Below, one piece after another: positions 58,998 through 64,000 of a stretch of DNA of 64,000 nt; position 1 is the first letter of the stretch; each line of letters begins with the position of its first letter. This stretch comes from Candidatus Multivoradales bacterium. Lineage in GTDB: Bacteria > Acidobacteriota > Thermoanaerobaculia > Multivoradales > JAHEKO01. The stretch spans positions 96,001-160,000 of the forward strand of contig CBDCVR010000013.1 of NCBI GenBank assembly GCA_965223155.1, given 5' to 3'. Under the pieces are notes generated by a model that saw only the letters and a list, made by a program, of their open reading frames with translations, was not told the DNA's origin and did no database searches. The translations under genes and the position numbers were made by a program.

Positions 58998-60271
58998 TTC
59001 TGCCCCTCCTCTTCCGAGATTCCCTCAAGCGCCTGCCGAATGTTGGCCAGTTCGGTCGTGAGGAGGAGCGGGTCGCTCGGGGGCAGCTTCTCTAACTCCT
59101 GCCGTAAGGCCCGGAGTTCAGTGAGGTCCTGCTTGGAGGCCTTACCGAGGAGACGCTTCTTGTCTAGCGCGCTGAACCTATCGAGCACCTGGCGCCGAAA
59201 CTCCTCTGCTCTCGAGGAGGCCACACCCATCAAGCGGTAGACGTCTTCAGCGAGCCACCCGAAGGGCTCTTCGACGTGATCCTCGTCGTTGACCCAACGG
59301 TGGACCTGAATGTCGTCGCAACCGGAAGCCACCAAGGGCGAGTGGCTCGTCGCAAGGAACTGCACGCGCGGAAAGCTCTCCGTCAGCAGGTGCATGATGT
59401 TGCGCTGCCAGCGCGGGTGGAGATGCTGCTCGATTTCGTCCAACAGGACGATCCCGCTGATATCACCGCCTGGGTCGTACCCTTGGCGGTCTCCGTTCTC
59501 TTGTTCTCTCTTGACGAACCACCATCCGATCAGATCGAGCACCCAGGTCAGCGTGGCGCGGTAGCCATCACCAAGAGAGCTCAACTCGGTCTCCCCCCAA
59601 TCACCCTTGACCTTGACTCCGGTCGGCGTCAGGACTACCCGATCCTTTCGTCGAAGCTGCAGTAGCAGACCCAGGAGAGTCTTGATCTCGGCGAGAACGT
59701 CGCCCTTGGATCGCTTTCGTCGAGCCTTCCTCTGCTTGTCGATGAGGCGGCGAATGACGAGCTCGGGGTTCTGGAGAGGGGTGTCGTACCGGAATAGTGA
59801 GTAGAGGGCATCTGCCGCGAGGTAGTAGTCGAAGTCCGCCGTTCCCTGCACGCGGATACCGGCTCCGTAGCCACTGACGAAGATGCGATCCCACGGAAAG
59901 TCATCCTGCTCTACTTCGAACTCTCTTCGCCCGTGAACCCTCCAGAGCTTCTGCTCCACGCGCTCAAAAGCCTCTAGTGCGTGGATTTCCGTCTGCACCC
60001 GGTAACCCCAGCCGTCCTTCGAGCCCAGATCGACCGTAATTACACCCATGAAGTCAGCGCCTCGCCGGACGAACTCTCCCGGCAGCTCGCGAAATAGCGC
60101 TGACGCACTCGACTGGTCGCACAAGCCCATCGCCAGGCTTCTTAGCACCGTCGACTTGCCCGAGTTGTTGTCGCCGATCAGGAGTGCGGACGCTCCGCCA
60201 CGCCCGAAGCTAATCTCCAGGTCTTCGAAGCATCGGATGTTCTGCAGCCGTATCCGTTTGACGTACAACAT
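58994..60271 (-). CDS. ABC/AAA ATPase (PtuA-like), copy 1
   Basis: LQNIRCFE, GDNNSGKST, GYGAG.R, LSSLGDGY, LLDEIEQHLHP.WQ, QFLATSHSP. Confidence 0.88.
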   Translation of the reverse strand: MLYVKRIRLQNIRCFEDLEISFGRGGASALLIGDNNSGKSTVLRSLAMGLCDQSSASALFRELPGEFVRRGADFMGVITVDLGSKDGWGYRVQTEIHALEAFERVEQKLWRVHGRREFEVEQDDFPWDRIFVSGYGAGIRVQGTADFDYYLAADALYSLFRYDTPLQNPELVIRRLIDKQRKARRKRSKGDVLAEIKTLLGLLLQLRRKDRVVLTPTGVKVKGDWGETELSSLGDGYRATLTWVLDLIGWWFVKREQENGDRQGYDPGGDISGIVLLDEIEQHLHPRWQRNIMHLLTESFPRVQFLATSHSPLVASGCDDIQVHRWVNDEDHVEEPFGWLAEDVYRLMGVASSRAEEFRRQVLDRFSALDKKRLLGKASKQDLTELRALRQELEKLPPSDPLLLTTELANIRQALEGISEEEGQN

Positions 60272-60379
60272 ACACACTCTCCCAGAGCCCTCAAAACTCG
60301 GCACAGGAAGACCTCGATCTTACCGCGATCCGCGGACACCGCAGCAGACCTGGGACACTATTCGTCTGCGGTCTGCTGT

Positions 60380-60739
60380 CTACTCGACGTGCCTGAGCTC
60401 TTCGCGCAGCACGCGAGCCGCAGTAGCGCGATCGCCAGGGTCTGTTCCGACGACGTCTCGCAGGAAATGCTCTACCTCTGCACGAAAAGCCGCTCGCCGT
60501 TGGACTGCGGGCGCGTAGAAGTTCGTGTTTCCTCGCTTCCGGACCCTCAGCCAGCCCTTGCCAGCCATGCGCGTCATGAACGTGAGGACTGTCCGGTAGT
60601 CCCGCTTATGTGCCTTGAGGTCCTCACGCAGAACCTCCCGGACAGTGCAGCGCCCTAGACGCCAACAGATTCGCATGATCTCCCACTCGGAAGGGGAGAG
60701 ACGCTCTTTCGGGACGGTCTTTCGCAGTCGTCTAGCCAT
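60380..60739 (-). CDS. BlaI/MecI/CopY-family repressor
   Basis: LS..EWEIM...W.....TVREV, Y.TV.T...R...KGW; no BlaR/M56 partner adjacent. Confidence 0.9.
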   Translation of the reverse strand: MARRLRKTVPKERLSPSEWEIMRICWRLGRCTVREVLREDLKAHKRDYRTVLTFMTRMAGKGWLRVRKRGNTNFYAPAVQRRAAFRAEVEHFLRDVVGTDPGDRATAARVLREELRHVE

Positions 60740-60751
60740 GTTTCAGCCTGT

Positions 60752-60767
60752 TCCGACGATTGTAGGA
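60752..60767. promoter_or_regulatory. Putative BlaI/CopY-type operator
   Basis: TCCGACGATTGTAGGA, 12/16 palindromic, resembles TACAnnTGTA; 12 bp upstream of the blaI start. Confidence 0.5.
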
Positions 60768-60848
60768 CTTCGCCCGGGTAGAAGCCAGCACCGTCGGACC
60801 ACTTGACTTGTTTCCTATGCGTGTAGGAGTATTACACGCGTGGGAGAC

Positions 60849-61043
60849 ATGCTGCCGATGGAGCGACTCCGGGAGATCCTCGGGCCTGAGTGCGATTTGA
60901 GCGAGGCGGAGCTCGAGACACTGCGGCGGGAGATGCACGAGCTGGCGGAGATCATCGTCGAGGCGGCCTCGGTTACACTCGTCCGCCCCGCTTCTGAGAT
61001 CGCCGAGCCAAACCGGAGCGAGGAGGACCTCGAGGCCGACTGA
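60849..61043 (+). CDS. Small acidic protein coupled to the recombinase
   Basis: GGGAG then ATG 60849; TGATG overlap with the recombinase. Confidence 0.65.
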   Translation: MLPMERLREILGPECDLSEAELETLRREMHELAEIIVEAASVTLVRPASEIAEPNRSEEDLEAD

Positions 61044-62566
61044 TGCGCGCCGTCATCTACTGCCGAGTCAGCACCCAACAGCAGACGAAGAATCTGAGTC
61101 TGCCGGCGCAGCGCAAGGAGTGCGTCAAGTTCTGCAAGGCGCAGGGATGGACGGTGGATCGGGTGTTCGTCGAGCGCGGCGAGTCGGCGAAGTCGGCGGA
61201 CCGGACGGAGCTCACCAAGCTCCTCGACCACTGCCGCGACAATCTCGGCCGGGTGGACGTGATGGTCGTCTACTCGCTCGACCGCTTCGCCCGGAACAGC
61301 TACGACCACCACGCGGTGCGGGCTCACCTGGCACGGATGGGCATGACCCTCCGGGCGGTGACCCAGCCCATCGACGAGACGCCCACGGGGAAGTTGATGG
61401 AAGGCGTCCTCGCCGCCATCGCCCAGTTCGACAACGACCAGCGAGCCGAGAAGACGACTCTCGGCATGAAGGAGGCCCTGAAGCGCGGCCGCTGGACCTT
61501 TCCGGCGCCGCTCGGCTATCGGAACGTGCACCGGCCGGACGGCTCGAAGACCATCGAGCCCGATCCGGATGTCGCGCCCCTGGTCCGGCGCGCCTTCGAG
61601 CTCTACGCCAAGGGCATCCACTCGAAGCGAGAGGTCCTGGAGCAGGTGACGATCCTGGGACTCCGGACCAAGCTAGGCAACAAGATGAGCCCGCAGAGCT
61701 TCGGTCAGATGCTCAAGCACCCCCTCTACGCCGGCCGGATCCGGAACGACAAGTGGGGGATCGACGTCCAGGGCGACTTCGAACCCATCGTCGACGAACA
61801 CACCTTCCACCGAGCGCAGCTGGCGATGAGGAAGGCAGCGAGCACTGGCGAACAGCGCTTCAGGAACAACCCGGACTTTCCGCTGCGGCGCTTCGTCCGC
61901 TGCGGGTCCTGCGACAGCCCGCTGACCGGCTCCTGGGCCCGCTCCAAGACCGGCAAGCGGTACGCCTACTACCACTGCCACCGGTGCCGAACCACGAGCC
62001 TCCGCAAGGAGCTCCTGGAGGAGCGCTTTCTCGAGCTGCTGGACCGGCTCAAGCCCACGAAGAAGAAGCTGCAGGCGCTCAAGGAGAGTGTGCTCCTGGT
62101 CTGGCGAAAGCGGAAGCGGGAGCTGGAGGAAGCTCGACCGCTCCTCGAAAGGGAAATCGCGCGGCTCGAGGAGCAGAAGAAGCGCCTAGTGGACGCCTAC
62201 GTCTACGAGCAGGCGATCGACCAGGACACCTACCGTCGCGAGCTCGCGCGGATCAGCCAGGACCTCACGCTCGTCCGGGTCGAGCACCACGGCAACGAGA
62301 TCGACAGCTTCGACGTCGAGGCCGTCCTCGAGTTCGCCGAGTACGTCGTCTTGAACGCTCGCCGGCTGTGGGAAGAGTTCCCGATGGAGCTTCGCCGGCG
62401 GATGCAGAAGGTCCTGTTCCCCGAAGGCCTCGTTTGGTCCAACGAGGCGTTTCAAACCCCGGTAACCTGCCTGTTCTTCAGGGACTTGGAGCGGCCGGAG
62501 ATAGAGCTGGAAAAGGTGGTAGCACTGGCCAGACCGCACCGGCCAGACCTTTCCAGGGTCCTTTGA
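61043..62566 (+). CDS. Large serine recombinase (integrase)
   Basis: AVIYCRVST (catalytic Ser), SL..Q, E.G.SAK, LDRF.RN, PLGY, Y.G, C..C zinc ribbon, YY.C..C, coiled coil. Confidence 0.95.
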   Translation: MRAVIYCRVSTQQQTKNLSLPAQRKECVKFCKAQGWTVDRVFVERGESAKSADRTELTKLLDHCRDNLGRVDVMVVYSLDRFARNSYDHHAVRAHLARMGMTLRAVTQPIDETPTGKLMEGVLAAIAQFDNDQRAEKTTLGMKEALKRGRWTFPAPLGYRNVHRPDGSKTIEPDPDVAPLVRRAFELYAKGIHSKREVLEQVTILGLRTKLGNKMSPQSFGQMLKHPLYAGRIRNDKWGIDVQGDFEPIVDEHTFHRAQLAMRKAASTGEQRFRNNPDFPLRRFVRCGSCDSPLTGSWARSKTGKRYAYYHCHRCRTTSLRKELLEERFLELLDRLKPTKKKLQALKESVLLVWRKRKRELEEARPLLEREIARLEEQKKRLVDAYVYEQAIDQDTYRRELARISQDLTLVRVEHHGNEIDSFDVEAVLEFAEYVVLNARRLWEEFPMELRRRMQKVLFPEGLVWSNEAFQTPVTCLFFRDLERPEIELEKVVALARPHRPDLSRVL

Positions 62567-62871
62567 GGACCGAGCTCGCCGATCCGCTCGATGTAGTCTT
62601 GCTGTAACTGTTCGATATCGAACACCTCGGGACGACGGCATTTCCACGCCTGATCGCGAGAATTCTAGCGAAACCATAGCGAACAAAGGACTTCTGGAGT
62701 TTCTCCCGCACCGCCGAGGAATCTGGCATCGGCCTTGCCTTTCCCCCGGGTTTGCAATGCGTTGCGCGAGTGGTCTAGGATGACCGGGCTGAGTCTCCCA
62801 ACAGGATGGAAAAACCGGGTACCGACCCGGGCCGAAGTGCGTTGGGAGGACGGCGTGGTGAGTGGAGGGAA

Positions 62872-64000
62872 ATGGGAGTCGTATCCGGTCGAGTAACGTC
62901 AAGAAGACAAGGACGGTCGCCCACCGGGGCCCGCAGAGCGGGGCCGCAGCTGCGGCGGCTTACTTCGCCGCCGGTCAAGGACCGAGGTCGGAGCACCTCG
63001 TCTGATCGGGTGTCGAGGCCCGAGGCGGTGGGCACCGAGGTGCCCGTCCGAGGCCGCCCTTCGCAGGCCTCGACCGGCTCCGGTCTCGCATGGGTGGTGT
63101 TTGCGGCGCTGGTGTTTTCGACGCTAGCGGCGCAGGCGCAAGAGCTGACCTCGGCCCGGTTGCTGATCGCCGGGACGCGGCTCGCCGTGAGCCCGGAGAG
63201 CCAGACGGTTCCCTTTGACACGCCGACGATTGTCGAGACCTCGCTCGAGGGCTTCGACGCCGGTCTCGGCACTTTGCCCGCCGATCTGCGCGTCTTGGGG
63301 GACTTCACCGGGCCGGGGCTGGACCGGGTCCTCACCCTCGAAACCACTCCCAACCAGCCCTTTCGCATTCCCCCGCTCTCGGTGGGCGGCGACTACCAGC
63401 TCGACAACATCCGCCTGGTGCAGGGGGACGAGCTCCTGGCCTTCGGCGAGCCCCGGTCGGCGGCGGTCCTGGTGACCGAGATTCTGGTGACGCGGGTAAC
63501 TTCGCGACCGCTGACTCTCGACGAGATTCGCAGCTACGGCATCGTCATCGACGACGACAACTTCAAGGCGTTCAACTTCAGTTTCGGTTTCGCGATCCGC
63601 GGCGAGACCGTGGATTACAACGTTCCGGTGGTGTGGTCGTTTCGCGAAGAGGGGGTGAGTGCCGAGATCCCTTCGGCGTTTCACTCTCTGGGTCGGACCC
63701 GCTTCGCTCCGCCCATTCACACTTTTGCACTCAAGGCGGAGCCCAATCCAGACGATCCGTTCCAGTTGGATCCCACGCCGTCGATTCCGCCTTTACCGGG
63801 AGCGATCGTCTTCCCCAGCGACGTGACGTTGTTGAACCAGTTCTTCTCGGTCGTGCTGATGGTTCAGAATGGCGCGCCCGAGGGCGATCCCCTCGTGATT
63901 CGTGATCTGGCGGCGACGATCAAGCTGCCTGCCGGTCTTCGCACCGCCGAGACCGAGCCCCCAACGCCGCTCGGTGTTCCGGTACCCGTACGGGTTCCCG
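62872..64000 (+). CDS. N-terminal part of a large secreted protein (runs off window edge)
   Basis: Frame from ATG 62872 after GGAGG; hydrophobic WVVFAALVFSTLAAQA, then beta-rich sequence (ILVTRVTSRPLTLDEIRSYGIVIDDDNF). Confidence 0.7.
   Translation, partial: MGVVSGRVTSRRQGRSPTGARRAGPQLRRLTSPPVKDRGRSTSSDRVSRPEAVGTEVPVRGRPSQASTGSGLAWVVFAALVFSTLAAQAQELTSARLLIAGTRLAVSPESQTVPFDTPTIVETSLEGFDAGLGTLPADLRVLGDFTGPGLDRVLTLETTPNQPFRIPPLSVGGDYQLDNIRLVQGDELLAFGEPRSAAVLVTEILVTRVTSRPLTLDEIRSYGIVIDDDNFKAFNFSFGFAIRGETVDYNVPVVWSFREEGVSAEIPSAFHSLGRTRFAPPIHTFALKAEPNPDDPFQLDPTPSIPPLPGAIVFPSDVTLLNQFFSVVLMVQNGAPEGDPLVIRDLAATIKLPAGLRTAETEPPTPLGVPVPVRVP

Larger units (their letters stand above)
42251..62527 (+). mobile_element. 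Integrative mobilisable element (~20.3 kb), serine recombinase + RepA + MOBP-type relaxase
   Basis: rep/mob module at the left end, recombinase at the right end, lower-GC cargo; CTG at 42251 and 62525 joins in frame to complete the recombinase. Exact ends are inferred. Confidence 0.8.

Noticed and set aside
52817-60739. Retron (Ec78/Ec83-type) explanation for the PtuAB pairs
   Set aside because: No reverse transcriptase ORF in the window and no evident msr-msd region.
60803-60835. Sigma70 promoter for the integrase (TTGACT)
   Set aside because: No -10 element at 16-18 bp spacing that I can support.

Overview
GC-rich bacterial DNA. Two VWFA-related Acidobacterial-domain genes, a CRTAC1/TPR cluster and an Oar-type TonB receptor suggest Acidobacteriota; this is an inference. 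1-28.8 kb is a carbohydrate-utilisation region: PFK, PIG-L deacetylase, Na+/solute symporter, GH2 exo-beta-glucosaminidase, SIS deaminase, sulfatase-TPR, VWA/CRTAC1/TPR genes, LacI, TonB receptor, GH3 and glucokinase. A shared LacI-type operator links its two transporters. 28.9-42.1 kb holds a two-component/c-di-GMP cluster, an IS5-family element in a CTAG that forms the stop codons of both flanking genes, ada, an M16 peptidase and a metallohydrolase. 42,251-62,527 is a ~20.3 kb integrative mobilisable element (RepA, iterons, oriT, MobC, relaxase, large serine recombinase) with visibly lower-GC cargo. Its predicted attP lies inside the recombinase 3' end, so excision would join recombinase and repA in tandem. 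The most unusual cargo is a tightly packed operon with a BlaI-type gene upstream: two PtuA/PtuB (Septu-like ATPase + HNH) pairs enclose an NspC-like decarboxylase, a DUF3326 protein and an MfnB-like enzyme. This is a candidate undescribed defence system. All calls come from motifs read by eye; no database searches were run.
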